From IMG/VR virus record IMGVR_UViG_3300043424_000625, positions 1-64,000 of that record: a DNA stretch of 64,000 nucleotides, one strand, 5' to 3'. The position numbers and the translations under genes are program-made. Source of the stretch: an uncultured virus (IMG/VR IMGVR_UViG_3300043424_000625) (lineage: Duplodnaviria; Heunggongvirae; Uroviricota; Caudoviricetes). The notes beneath the pieces are model-generated. The model had not been told where the DNA came from and did not search any database. It saw nothing but the letters and a program-made list of their open reading frames with translations. Positions 46,216 through 55,196 of the stretch are shown here, one piece after another. The stretch's first letter is position 1; each line of letters starts with the position of its first letter.

Positions 46216-47334
46216 ATGTACGGCAGTCCGATCACCAAAGAGTATCTCCAAGGTCTCGCTCATGCGGCGACCTCGGACTTCCTGTCCAGAGGTACTCCGC
46301 TGACAGAGGCCGTAATCAAGCAGGCAAGTGCCTGTGGCGCAAACTTGACAGCTGAGCATGTTCGGCGTATCTGCGAGATGACGTACCACGACACTTACGA
46401 GCGGATGCACAAGCAGGCTTCCAGCGCCGATCGGTACATCGTCTTCGACCCTCCGGATGCAGAAGTCGCAGCCGAGGTTCTTCGCGCGGAGAAGGTCGCA
46501 TCGGCGCCTAAGCGCGCAACTTCTTTGTCCGGTGGTGTTATGACAGAAAAAACTGCATCTGCATCCGCGCCGAGACTCCCGAAGTTCAAAGCAGCTAATG
46601 CCTTTGACGAGCTGATGAAGTCTGCGTCGGACACCGACTACAGTGCTCCGTTTGCGCAGGCACAGGGCCTTCATGATCTCAAGAAGATCCATGACTCTTT
46701 GAAAGAGGCATCAGCCGCGGTGACTGCGGAACTCAGATCGCTCGATACGGAGATCATGTCCGCGAGGCGCGAGCTATCCAAAGAGGCCTACGCCGCAGTG
46801 AAGGACGGCGTGTCCGTAGAGGACGTTCTTCATGCCTGCTTCGAGGGCACAGACTGGAGCTCCACATCCCAGGAGACCGCGACCAAGGTCGCATCAGATC
46901 TCTCGGCGTACCTGCTTGGAAAGGAGCGGACGACTGCTGGGCTTCGGCTGACGAAGACCGCGTCCTTCGGAGAGATTAATCCGGCGCACCCACTTCCTGC
47001 CTCATTCTCAAAGGTGGCGGCGGTGGAGGAGCGGCACATTCACCTTGAGATCGCGTTGCGCGATATTCAGGCCGATCTTGAGTATGCAAACAAGGCACTG
47101 ACAGAGTCTCTGTTTGGTGAAAAGACGGCTGGGCTAGGCAAGATTGTGAGTAAGGCTCCAGCTGCTGCTGTTCGCGGTGCAATGATGATAGGGAAGATGG
47201 TTGCAAAGTCTCCCTCTACTGCCTTAAAATACGTTGTCGGGGCAGGTTTACCAGTAGCTGCGGCATATGGTGTTTATAAGGTCCGGCAGAAGTCCAAAAA
47301 GTCAACCCTAATTGACGACGGGGGTGGAGAATGA
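46216..47334 (+). CDS. KxAS-rich protein with C-terminal amphipathic/hydrophobic basic tail
   Basis: Eight KxAS motifs; after EKTAG a tail ending YVVGAGLPVAAAYGVYKVRQKSKK. Confidence 0.65.
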   Translation: MYGSPITKEYLQGLAHAATSDFLSRGTPLTEAVIKQASACGANLTAEHVRRICEMTYHDTYERMHKQASSADRYIVFDPPDAEVAAEVLRAEKVASAPKRATSLSGGVMTEKTASASAPRLPKFKAANAFDELMKSASDTDYSAPFAQAQGLHDLKKIHDSLKEASAAVTAELRSLDTEIMSARRELSKEAYAAVKDGVSVEDVLHACFEGTDWSSTSQETATKVASDLSAYLLGKERTTAGLRLTKTASFGEINPAHPLPASFSKVAAVEERHIHLEIALRDIQADLEYANKALTESLFGEKTAGLGKIVSKAPAAAVRGAMMIGKMVAKSPSTALKYVVGAGLPVAAAYGVYKVRQKSKKSTLIDDGGGE

Positions 47335-47876
47335 CAGTTCGAGTTCCTACAGAAGCGTACGCTGCCTATGCGCGCGGAGAGCTGAGTCATTCGGAACTTC
47401 TGGGACTGGAGAAGATGGCGTCTGACATGAGCAAGACCGCCCTCAATATTAGTCCACAGTCTCTGGCCAGTCTTGGCGGGCTACTTGTAGCAGCTCCGAC
47501 GCTCTCGTACGCTGGTGCTCAGATACCGGAAGCTTTACAGAGTGCGGAATCTGCACTAATGTTTAACCGAGACCTACGCAGGGTTGTCGCAGTTAATCCG
47601 CAGCTGGGATCGCCTGAGGATCCGAATCTCCGCATGGCGTTTAAGACTCTGAGAAGTGTTAACCCAGAATATTCTAAAGATCCGCTTATTGCCGGTACGA
47701 TTCTAGATATGGTTATGACAAACCGTATGGATCCAGACGACCCGACAAGCCCGCCGCGGTTCGACCCTGCTCTTCTTCAGAGCATCCAATCGAGAGGAAA
47801 TCCCGCTGTCGATGCCGCAAGACAGGCCGGCGCCAAGAGCACTGCCATGCCACTCTCTGCAATGCTCGCCCCGTAA
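47331..47876 (+). CDS. Leader-KxA protein (181 aa)
   Basis: LEKMASDMSKTA followed by hydrophobic LASLGGLLVAAP. Confidence 0.6.
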   Translation: MTVRVPTEAYAAYARGELSHSELLGLEKMASDMSKTALNISPQSLASLGGLLVAAPTLSYAGAQIPEALQSAESALMFNRDLRRVVAVNPQLGSPEDPNLRMAFKTLRSVNPEYSKDPLIAGTILDMVMTNRMDPDDPTSPPRFDPALLQSIQSRGNPAVDAARQAGAKSTAMPLSAMLAP

Positions 47877-49771
47877 TGGAAAAGTACTCGCTGTTTTCTG
47901 GAAAGTCTGAGTCCGGCTCTCCTCTGATCCACAGAGTAGAGCCCGGCTCGTCGTATGGACTATCCGAGACAGATGGACTTGCGAAGACTGCCTCTGGAGA
48001 GCACCTTCCCGAAGTGATTGAGCTGATTGAGTCGATCCAGGCCCAGCCTGGTCGTCTCTATCTGGTCAACTCGGCGTTAGGGGCAGGCGAGTGCGTAGGG
48101 TTCAACCTACGCGGAGACTGGTTCACCGAGGCGGGGCTGCGCCGGACACCTCCGGGTTTTGAGCAGATTCCCGTGTGGGACATCGACGCCCGAAGGCGCG
48201 CTGCAAACCAAACAGAAGCCCTCCCACAGTGGGGATCTCTCACCTGGGGCTACCCGACGTTCTATAACGCGCACCGCTTCCGGCATCATATCAACAAAGA
48301 TCCCAATAGAGCATACGGCTTCATCTTAGGTGCATTCTGGGACGACCGCATGAAGCGCGTCATCCTAGTGTCCGAGTTGATTCGAGAGATGTGTGCTCAG
48401 CAGGGCGCCATGGATCTTTACTCTCGAATCGAGGCCGGAGAGTTTCCAGACTCGAGTATGGGCAGCAAGGTCCCCTACGATCGATGCTCGATTTGCGGGC
48501 ACATTGCGCGTACGCCGATGGAATACTGCAAGCACGTCCAGCGGGGTGCCCCTCCTCCGTATGGCATGAAGGCGATGCTGCCCGATGGCCGGGTCTGCGG
48601 CGTCTACAATGACTATCCAAGATTCTTTGATGACTCTTTCGTGTTTGTCGGAGCCGAGCGTTCCGCAAAGTTGATGTCCAACGTAACCCCGCTGGTGCGT
48701 GGGCAAAACGCGTACTCGCAGACGATTTACCCCTTTCAGCCTATTGTCGTGAAGACAGCGAGTGCTCCTGCGCCGGAAGCTCCTCAGATCCCGGACCACG
48801 TCCTTGAAGAAAGACTGTCGCACGCGCTGTCCACCATTCCAACGTCATCCTCGTTGGAGAGAGAGGCTCTCCGCTATTACATGCAGGAGAGGCTGGCAGA
48901 GGAGCGCCTGGTACAGGGAACGCTGACTTCAGCAGAGTTTAACTTGTGGAAAGAGGTTTCTAATAGAGTTTTCCAAAGGAGATACGGAGTCCTCCCTTCG
49001 CAGATCACACATCTGAAGATTCTTTTCAATAATCGTGTTGACGATTTGTTCGGTGTGAAGGTTGCTTCGTTTTCCAAAGTTGCAGAGATGCTAAAGCGCA
49101 TCCCTGCTCCCTCTGCATCTCAGATGAGTTTGGTGCGCAAAGAGGAGATGTGCCTACCTGAGCTTCCTCGCGATGTGCTCGATGCGATTGCAGAGAACCC
49201 TGGACCCAATCTTCGCGCGGCAGCAAGGCTTGGGGTCGTTCTCCGCCCGCGCGAGTTCATGCGGGTGATGATCGTTCGCAAGGACCCAGATTTAGCGGAC
49301 GATCTATACAAAAACAATCAGGTCTTCGCACAGCGTCCTATTCGTATGTCATCATCTCCCTTCAATGCAGCCTCCTTTGTTCCGGAGGATGCGATGAGCG
49401 CGATGATCAATCTACTCAGCCCGCTTCTTCAAGGCCGGTCTTTTGCACCATCAGCCATGCGCGCTCGCATGGTGATCCGAGTGTCCCCGCCTCCGATAGA
49501 GGAACCGGAAGAAGTAGACGGATTAGAGGAGATCGCGGATCTCTACAACGCGTACAGACTGGGCTTGATCGATAATAAGCCTGACTTGAGTGCCGTATCG
49601 GTCCCAGGAGCCTTCGCGCCCCGGATCGAAGACGATGTAAAAATTGCAGATGATGCGATTGCGCTATCAAACATCATGCTGCATGTTGCCTACTGGCCCG
49701 GTCTTAGATTAGGATTGGCTCACGAGGCTGAGGGATCCACTCCCGAAGACGCCCCCTCTATTCACACCTAG
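47876..49771 (+). CDS. Prohead maturation protease (HK97 gp4/assemblin-fold-like) with zinc insert
   Basis: N..GDWF, FRHH.N......G.I, SMGS.V..D.CSICG...YCKH, FFDDSFV..GA...A; upstream of the capsid gene. Confidence 0.6.
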   Translation: MEKYSLFSGKSESGSPLIHRVEPGSSYGLSETDGLAKTASGEHLPEVIELIESIQAQPGRLYLVNSALGAGECVGFNLRGDWFTEAGLRRTPPGFEQIPVWDIDARRRAANQTEALPQWGSLTWGYPTFYNAHRFRHHINKDPNRAYGFILGAFWDDRMKRVILVSELIREMCAQQGAMDLYSRIEAGEFPDSSMGSKVPYDRCSICGHIARTPMEYCKHVQRGAPPPYGMKAMLPDGRVCGVYNDYPRFFDDSFVFVGAERSAKLMSNVTPLVRGQNAYSQTIYPFQPIVVKTASAPAPEAPQIPDHVLEERLSHALSTIPTSSSLEREALRYYMQERLAEERLVQGTLTSAEFNLWKEVSNRVFQRRYGVLPSQITHLKILFNNRVDDLFGVKVASFSKVAEMLKRIPAPSASQMSLVRKEEMCLPELPRDVLDAIAENPGPNLRAAARLGVVLRPREFMRVMIVRKDPDLADDLYKNNQVFAQRPIRMSSSPFNAASFVPEDAMSAMINLLSPLLQGRSFAPSAMRARMVIRVSPPPIEEPEEVDGLEEIADLYNAYRLGLIDNKPDLSAVSVPGAFAPRIEDDVKIADDAIALSNIMLHVAYWPGLRLGLAHEAEGSTPEDAPSIHT

Positions 49772-49781
49772 CGAGGATCCC

Positions 49782-50762
49782 GTGTCTCTACTCGCAGAAC
49801 TACAAACCCGGGGCATCACGGCAGAAGATCTCGAAAAAGCAGCTTCTGTTCGCCTTTTTGAGAAAGCCGCCGCCGCCGAGGGTGTAAACCTCGATGATCT
49901 GAGCGAAACACAGGTCACATCTCTATTCAACCAGTTCGTTTCCCGTTCCGCCCCGTCCACCAAAGAGGCATCTGCCATGAACAACGAAGTTATCGACCTC
50001 TTCGAAAAGACCGCTTCTGCCGAAGGCATCGATCTAGACGACATGAGTGATGCAGAGCTGGCTCAGCTCTTCAATCACTACGTCGAGAATGTTCTCCCGG
50101 AACAGCTTGCAGAGGCTGAGGGTCAGGACAAGGAGGCCATGGTCCAGGATGCACACGAGAAGCTCGCTGAAGCAGAGATTCTTGGTCGTCACATGGCTCG
50201 TGCATATGCCGATGAGATCCAGAAGATCGCAGAAAAGCCTCCTATGGGCCTCGGCAAGAAGATCGGTCTCGGCTTAGGCGCCACCGGCTTGACGGCCGCG
50301 GGCGTCTACGGCGGCAAGAAGCTGTACGATCGCCGCAAGGCGCGCAAAGCTGCTATGCAGGCTGATGCTGAGGAAACATCCTCTGAAGCTGAGAAGCAGT
50401 CGTCTGCACTAAACCTTGCGGCACTGGTCAAGATCGCGAGTGTCTACGGCTTTGACGTCGGCATGAAGGTTGCCGAAGAGGCATCCGCCGCAGCCGATGC
50501 GGCGGATGCAGTGGCGGATGCCGCCAAGGCTGCCCCCTCGTCGATGGGCCTCGGCAAGAAGATCGGTCTCGGCTTAGGCGCCACCGGCTTGACGGCTGCG
50601 GGCGTCTACGGCGGCAAGAAGCTGTACGATCGCCGCAAGGCTCGTTTGCAGGCCATGCAGGCGCCTGCGGAAGAGGCTCCTTCTGAGGCTGAGAAGCAGT
50701 CGTCGGCGTTTGTCGACGCCCGCGCAGTCCAGCTTCTCCGCATGGCCGGCTACAACATCTGA
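49782..50762 (+). CDS. KxA-rich scaffold-like protein carrying a duplicated cationic Gly-rich peptide
   Basis: Two LFEK.A.AEG..LDD.S..E...LFN repeats; MGLGKKIGLGLGATGLTAAGVYGGKKLYDRRKAR twice. Confidence 0.7.
   Translation: MSLLAELQTRGITAEDLEKAASVRLFEKAAAAEGVNLDDLSETQVTSLFNQFVSRSAPSTKEASAMNNEVIDLFEKTASAEGIDLDDMSDAELAQLFNHYVENVLPEQLAEAEGQDKEAMVQDAHEKLAEAEILGRHMARAYADEIQKIAEKPPMGLGKKIGLGLGATGLTAAGVYGGKKLYDRRKARKAAMQADAEETSSEAEKQSSALNLAALVKIASVYGFDVGMKVAEEASAAADAADAVADAAKAAPSSMGLGKKIGLGLGATGLTAAGVYGGKKLYDRRKARLQAMQAPAEEAPSEAEKQSSAFVDARAVQLLRMAGYNI
50244..50641 (+). repeat. 98-bp direct repeat, copies 300 bp apart (50244-50341 and 50544-50641)
   Basis: One mismatch (50297 C vs 50597 T); degenerate similarity continues about 60 bp further. 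Confidence 0.95.
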
Positions 50763-50768
50763 GTGATC

Positions 50769-50812
50769 AGCATGGCGCCGTTCTTCGACACATTCTAGGA
50801 CGGCGCCATGCT
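50769..50812 (+). promoter_or_regulatory. Hairpin occluding the RBS and start codon of the 50808 gene
   Basis: 13-bp perfect inverted repeat AGCATGGCGCCGT/ACGGCGCCATGCT, extendable by 3 pairs (one G-U) over AGGA. Confidence 0.55.
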
Positions 50813-51095
50813 TAACTCTTTAGTTGTTCGGCACATGTTTGCAGAACTGACCAAGATAGCGGCGAACAGAATCACTGACGGACTCCGCACCCCCGGAAAT
50901 TCTAATAGAATCTTGCCAAATGGGCCCCCGAATCCCAAACCGGCCTCCGGTAAAAACTTCGGCAAATTTCAACTCGCCGGACCGGGTAAGCCGACGATGA
51001 CCGGCACTGGTAGAACAGCTACCAACCTCGCATCCAATACTCCTGTCGGCACAACCGGCTTCACTTCTCTCCCGACTCCAACTTCCTCCGAGTAG
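50808..51095 (+). CDS. Leader-KxA protein with Pro/Gly/Thr-rich disordered body (95 aa)
   Basis: N-terminal MFAELTKIAA. Confidence 0.55.
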   Translation: MLNSLVVRHMFAELTKIAANRITDGLRTPGNSNRILPNGPPNPKPASGKNFGKFQLAGPGKPTMTGTGRTATNLASNTPVGTTGFTSLPTPTSSE

Positions 51096-51104
51096 AGGTT
51101 CCTC

Positions 51105-52343
51105 ATGAGCAACTACAGAAGCATGATTGACCAAGCCCTAGAAGCTGCTCGTGCGCGTTCCCACACGGCGATTGAAGCCGAGAAGACTGCATCCCGCCCC
51201 GGCTCCTCCTTGGTCAAGGAGGCACAGGAGGTCGCAAGTGCGCTCGAGTTCGTTTCTCTGAGTGCAACGGGTGGAAACCGGGCAGACGGATTTCGTCAGG
51301 AAATGATTAGGGACTTCTACAAGAGCGCCATGGCAAGTCCCGCACAGGGCGCCACCTCTACCAGCGGAGTCCAAGGCGTAGCGCCGACAGAAGGGAAGAC
51401 TCGGATTGCACCGAAGGGCCTGGTCACGGGTAATAGCCCTGTCAGCGGCTCCGTGACGGCAAACACTCGTGACGGCGAGAAGCCGCTACGGGAATCGTTT
51501 AAGCAAGCGGGTGGCCAGTCTCTCTACGACATCCTGATGAACAATAAGACCGCTGGTGTTGGCGGCCCTGCGGAATCCGACGCGGAAACCCTGTCCGGAG
51601 TTACGTCCGCTAACGAAAACTCAACCTACCGGGCTACTTTGCATTCAAACGAAGGGCCTGTCCTTGCAAACAAGCGTAACTTGAAGAAGTCTACGAGAGC
51701 TCGGCTTGCAGAGGCGTTCGCACATGTGGGAGATACCCTCGGCGATGCGAGCGCAGCGCAGATCTTCCCTCTCGCGGCTCGGATGGGGCACCTGAAAGAT
51801 GCGGCAGCTAGAGTGAAGAAGAGGATGACTCCGGACAACATAAATCGGCTGCCAGCGGACAAGAGAGAGAAAATTGTAGATTGGCTCATGAGCAGCCCCG
51901 ATAGTGGTAGACTGGCCTTCGACGAGGCAATGGATGAGATAGCTAAAAATGATCCCGACCTGTTCGCCCAAATGGAGGGGTTTCCTGCTGAGATACCTCC
52001 TCATCCATCGGAAAGGTACATTCCAGGCAGGGTTGGCAGGCCTGGATGGCCGGAGGTGCCAGCAGCTGCTGTGGATATGAGCTCTGCGCCGGCGTCGGTG
52101 CCAGCAGCTGCTGTGGATATGAGCTCTGCGCCGGTGGAGGCTGCGGAAACACTCGGGCGATCAATGGACGCTGCTCCGAACCAGGGAATGGGGAGATTCC
52201 TTACCCGCAGAAACCTTGGGCTGGCCGCAGGCGCCGCCGGGCTCGCTACAGCGGCGGGAGTGGGAGCCCACCTCTATAGAAAGCGTTCGGCGGCAGATCG
52301 TCTTAGGCAGATGCAGGCAGAGGGCGTCCAGGGAGGAGAGTAG
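51105..52343 (+). CDS. KxA-rich protein with C-terminal Gly/Ala hydrophobic helix
   Basis: EKTAS, VKEA, YKSA, FKQAG, NKTAG; ends LGLAAGAAGLATAAGVGAHLYRKR. Confidence 0.65.
   Translation: MSNYRSMIDQALEAARARSHTAIEAEKTASRPGSSLVKEAQEVASALEFVSLSATGGNRADGFRQEMIRDFYKSAMASPAQGATSTSGVQGVAPTEGKTRIAPKGLVTGNSPVSGSVTANTRDGEKPLRESFKQAGGQSLYDILMNNKTAGVGGPAESDAETLSGVTSANENSTYRATLHSNEGPVLANKRNLKKSTRARLAEAFAHVGDTLGDASAAQIFPLAARMGHLKDAAARVKKRMTPDNINRLPADKREKIVDWLMSSPDSGRLAFDEAMDEIAKNDPDLFAQMEGFPAEIPPHPSERYIPGRVGRPGWPEVPAAAVDMSSAPASVPAAAVDMSSAPVEAAETLGRSMDAAPNQGMGRFLTRRNLGLAAGAAGLATAAGVGAHLYRKRSAADRLRQMQAEGVQGGE
52055..52134 (+). repeat. Tandem duplication, 42-bp period (VPAAAVDMSSAP x2)
   Basis: 38 identical bp at 52055-52092 and 52097-52134. 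Confidence 0.95.
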
Positions 52344-52383
52344 TGTGTCGCCTCACAGCAGGCCTTCTCGGAGATAGCGTAAG

Positions 52384-52980
52384 ATGAGCCCGTCTCGTAA
52401 AAAACATGCCGCCGCCCCAGTCTTCTACGAGGATAAGGATCGCCTTTATCACGATATCGGAGATGGCGTTCTTTTCTCGATGGGAAAGGGCGATCGTGCT
52501 GACGCCTACAAAGCGCAAGTTGAAGGTGAGCACGGGTTTGTAGGGTCGACTGCACCATCTTCTCCGGAAGGCCACTACGGACTTCGCGCGGGTAAGGCGC
52601 TGTCGAGAACGCTGGACTCTCTAAATCCAGGAAGAGCGCGGTACAGGTCTCTTAAAGACTTAATCTTTAGGCGCCCTGACCCTAACTATCGTCTCGGATC
52701 TGAAGTGCTACCTATTCAGGCAGAGAACGTGAGCGATGAAATGAACAGGACTACACACTCTCTAAACAAGTCAGCATCTCTCGCGGAGTACTCAGTTCTG
52801 TTCGATCACATCGACTCCGGAGATTTAGGCTCCCATGTGAAACAAGCTCTAATTGGCGTTTGCGAAGCGATTACTTCTCCGCTACAATCTCCCCACGCGA
52901 AGGTTGCATCTTCGCCAATGCAGATGACAGAATCCCAGGCGAGGCAGGCTCGACTGGACCAACTACTCAGAAAGTTTTAA
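52384..52980 (+). CDS. KxAS-motif hypothetical protein (198 aa)
   Basis: KHAA, KSAS, KQAL, KVAS. Confidence 0.55.
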   Translation: MSPSRKKHAAAPVFYEDKDRLYHDIGDGVLFSMGKGDRADAYKAQVEGEHGFVGSTAPSSPEGHYGLRAGKALSRTLDSLNPGRARYRSLKDLIFRRPDPNYRLGSEVLPIQAENVSDEMNRTTHSLNKSASLAEYSVLFDHIDSGDLGSHVKQALIGVCEAITSPLQSPHAKVASSPMQMTESQARQARLDQLLRKF

Positions 52981-52994
52981 CCGCGAGGACTGCA

Positions 52995-53360
52995 ATGCTC
53001 AAGATCGGACATGCAGAACTGGCTGTAGTCTCCGCAAAAGGTGCTGCTGCCATTCGCTCGCTGACCGAAAAGGTCGCGAGCCTGGAGCAGGAGAACATCC
53101 AGCTCCGCACAAAGCTTGCTTCTATTGCACGCGACTCTCAGGTTGCTGAGCTCGCGCGTGAGATGGAAGACAAGGGCCTCAACGCCCACATGACGTTCGA
53201 TGAGAAGATTGCGCATCTCCGGGGTCATGCGCAGCTTGAGAACGTCAGGGAGGCTGTGAAGATGGCGAGCGCGGGCAATGTTCGCATCGCTGATCTATCG
53301 GACCGTCCTGGCAGGTCGGCTCTTGACCCCCTCACTTCCTTCTGCCTCACTGGCGAGTAA
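52995..53360 (+). CDS. Small coiled-coil scaffold-like protein with KxAS motifs
   Basis: GAGG RBS before ATG 52995; EKVAS, TKLAS, VKMAS; two genes upstream of the capsid gene. Confidence 0.6.
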   Translation: MLKIGHAELAVVSAKGAAAIRSLTEKVASLEQENIQLRTKLASIARDSQVAELAREMEDKGLNAHMTFDEKIAHLRGHAQLENVREAVKMASAGNVRIADLSDRPGRSALDPLTSFCLTGE

Positions 53361-53372
53361 TAGGAGCCAACC

Positions 53373-53963
53373 ATGGCTGGACAGTTCGTCACCATTCTGA
53401 ATCCTGGGTACTCTACCCTCTACACGCGCGACCTCGGGTACACCGTTGTCGCGAACGTTGATGGGGGCGCTTCTGCGAATCCCTTCAATCCTGATTCCAC
53501 GCACCCGCTGCAAGAGGGCGAGTGGCTGACTTTCGACGGTACCGGCAAACTGAAGCGCGCAGCTGCTAACGTCGCTTACGACGCTGCTTCCCCCGCAGCT
53601 CTCTCCGTCGCGGTGTCTACCGCGGGTAGCGGCAACGACCTAGCGACGACTCCCTGCTTCCTGTACTTCCAGGAGCGCGGGCGCTACGACGCGCAGCTTA
53701 CCCGGAAGGCACACTGCATCACTGGTCCAGTCGGTTTCGAATTCCGGACTAAGATGATTGTCTGTGCTTCCGGCCACGCTGGCGAGCGATGCTTCGTCCA
53801 GCTCTGCAATGACTCCAGCGGCCGTCAGGTTGCTGCCCTCGTCTCTGAGAGTGCGGTGGGTGACGGCGTAACTCCCGCTTCAGGAGATTGGTACGCTGGC
53901 GTCATCATGCAGGTTCACGGCACCAACGACGCAACCGTGCTGTTCCAGCCCGGCTACCTCTAA
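53373..53963 (+). CDS. Probable capsid decoration/cement protein
   Basis: AGGAG RBS, directly upstream of the capsid gene, beta-rich, highly expressed codon bias. Confidence 0.5.
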   Translation: MAGQFVTILNPGYSTLYTRDLGYTVVANVDGGASANPFNPDSTHPLQEGEWLTFDGTGKLKRAAANVAYDAASPAALSVAVSTAGSGNDLATTPCFLYFQERGRYDAQLTRKAHCITGPVGFEFRTKMIVCASGHAGERCFVQLCNDSSGRQVAALVSESAVGDGVTPASGDWYAGVIMQVHGTNDATVLFQPGYL

Positions 53964-53991
53964 TCGACCCAACGTCCCGTAGGAGAACACC

Positions 53992-55122
53992 ATGGACTAC
54001 TCCGCAGATATGGTGAACTCGGGCTTCATTGAGCGCCTCGAGACCGAGGGTCCAACGAAGACCGCAGCCGCCTCTCTCAACTACATCAAGGACCGCCTCC
54101 GCGAGTCCAGCTTCGCCGACATGATCGTTCCGAACGAGCGTGTTGTGCGTGGCGACCTTCAGCGTTCCACCGAGCATGACACGCTCGTGAAGATCGTGGA
54201 CATTGAGCCGGGCTCCCGGGCGATGGCCGTGAACTTCCGCGGTCAGCCGACGGCTGAGTACGTGAATGGCAAGCGGTACGCCATCTCCTTCTTCACCATC
54301 TCGTCCCTCAAGTTCGAGATCGTTGAGCAGGAGCTGATGGCCTACGAGATGCCCATCACGCGCATCATCGAGGAGAACAGCCTCAAGGACATGGTCGAGG
54401 TGAAGGATCGCGAGTTCCTGAACCACGTCGAGTCCTGCGTCAACGCCATGCAGGCCGAGGGCAACTCTGGCTCTGCTGCCTTCTCTGTCGCCGGTGGCCA
54501 GCTCACCGTCTCGAAGATCAAGGGCGTTCTCGCGACCCAGTCGGGCGGCTCGGCCACGGACTTCGACGTGTACGCGATTCAGCGCGCTGACATCGTGAAC
54601 ATCAAGAAGCTCCTGAAGCGCCAGATCGTCGTCGGCAGTGAGACCATCCGCGCTGGCCGCCTGCGGCCCGCTCTGATGCTCATGACCGAGAGCGATGCGG
54701 ACGATTTCGACCAGTGGACCCACGAGGACTACGGCGATCGTCTCCAGAGCGAGACGGCGCTCGATGGCTACACCTACAACAAGGTGTTGGGCCTTCGGAT
54801 CATCCGGACCATCAAGAACGACATCCTCCGCGAGGGGAACGTCTACGTCTTCACGGCCCCGGAGTTCTTCGGCCGGAACTACACGCTGAACGACGTGAAG
54901 TTCTACATCGACAAGGTCGCGAACCGCATCTTCTGGCAGGCCTGGATGGACGTCGGCATGGGCTTTGGCAACATCGCCGCCGTCGTCAAGCTCGAGCTCT
55001 ACCCGGGCGATGCGACAGACGCCAGCGCCACGTCGGTCATCCCTGTTGAGGAGAGCGCCATCGGCGCGCTCAACAACAAGGTCGCTGAGGGCCTGACCTT
55101 CCCGAACATCAACGTCTTCTGA
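53992..55122 (+). CDS. Major capsid protein
   Basis: Very strong codon bias, AGGAG RBS, followed by a terminator; 376 aa between scaffold and neck genes; IKDRLRE.SF...I, D.EP.S.A, K...E..D..F patterns; KTAA at residues 23-26. Confidence 0.8.
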   Translation: MDYSADMVNSGFIERLETEGPTKTAAASLNYIKDRLRESSFADMIVPNERVVRGDLQRSTEHDTLVKIVDIEPGSRAMAVNFRGQPTAEYVNGKRYAISFFTISSLKFEIVEQELMAYEMPITRIIEENSLKDMVEVKDREFLNHVESCVNAMQAEGNSGSAAFSVAGGQLTVSKIKGVLATQSGGSATDFDVYAIQRADIVNIKKLLKRQIVVGSETIRAGRLRPALMLMTESDADDFDQWTHEDYGDRLQSETALDGYTYNKVLGLRIIRTIKNDILREGNVYVFTAPEFFGRNYTLNDVKFYIDKVANRIFWQAWMDVGMGFGNIAAVVKLELYPGDATDASATSVIPVEESAIGALNNKVAEGLTFPNINVF

Positions 55123-55125
55123 CGT

Positions 55126-55180
55126 TGAGACCGGGGACGGTCTCATTGGCCCCGGTCCGCCTGTCGGGCCGGGGCTTTTT
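55126..55180 (+). terminator. Tandem hairpins and Rho-independent terminator after the capsid gene
   Basis: TGAGACCG-GGGA-CGGTCTCA, then GCCCCGGTCCG-loop-CGGGCCGGGGC-TTTTT. Confidence 0.85.
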
Positions 55181-55196
55181 ACTTAGAGGACAACAC

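Noticed and set aside
46198..46692. Long N-terminal extension of ORF 45526..46692
   Set aside because: Overlaps the + strand gene at 46216; the HTH begins right after ATG 46197, which has its own RBS
46537..47719. GTTATGAC copies at 46537 and 47712 as promoters
   Set aside because: Both lie inside + strand genes as Val-Met-Thr codons; 47712 has no nearby - strand gene, and 46537 is kept only as a weak candidate
50244..50641. Direct repeats as a CRISPR array, DGR template/variable pair or mobile-element ends
   Set aside because: Only two in-frame coding copies with a single C/T synonymous change; no reverse transcriptase or transposase in the window
53905..55146. 413-aa ORF antisense to the capsid gene (likewise 15865..16806+, 31809..32771-, 26192..26854-, 8166..8943+)
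   Set aside because: Shadow ORFs produced by strong codon bias of the real gene on the opposite strand; no RBS or recognisable motifs
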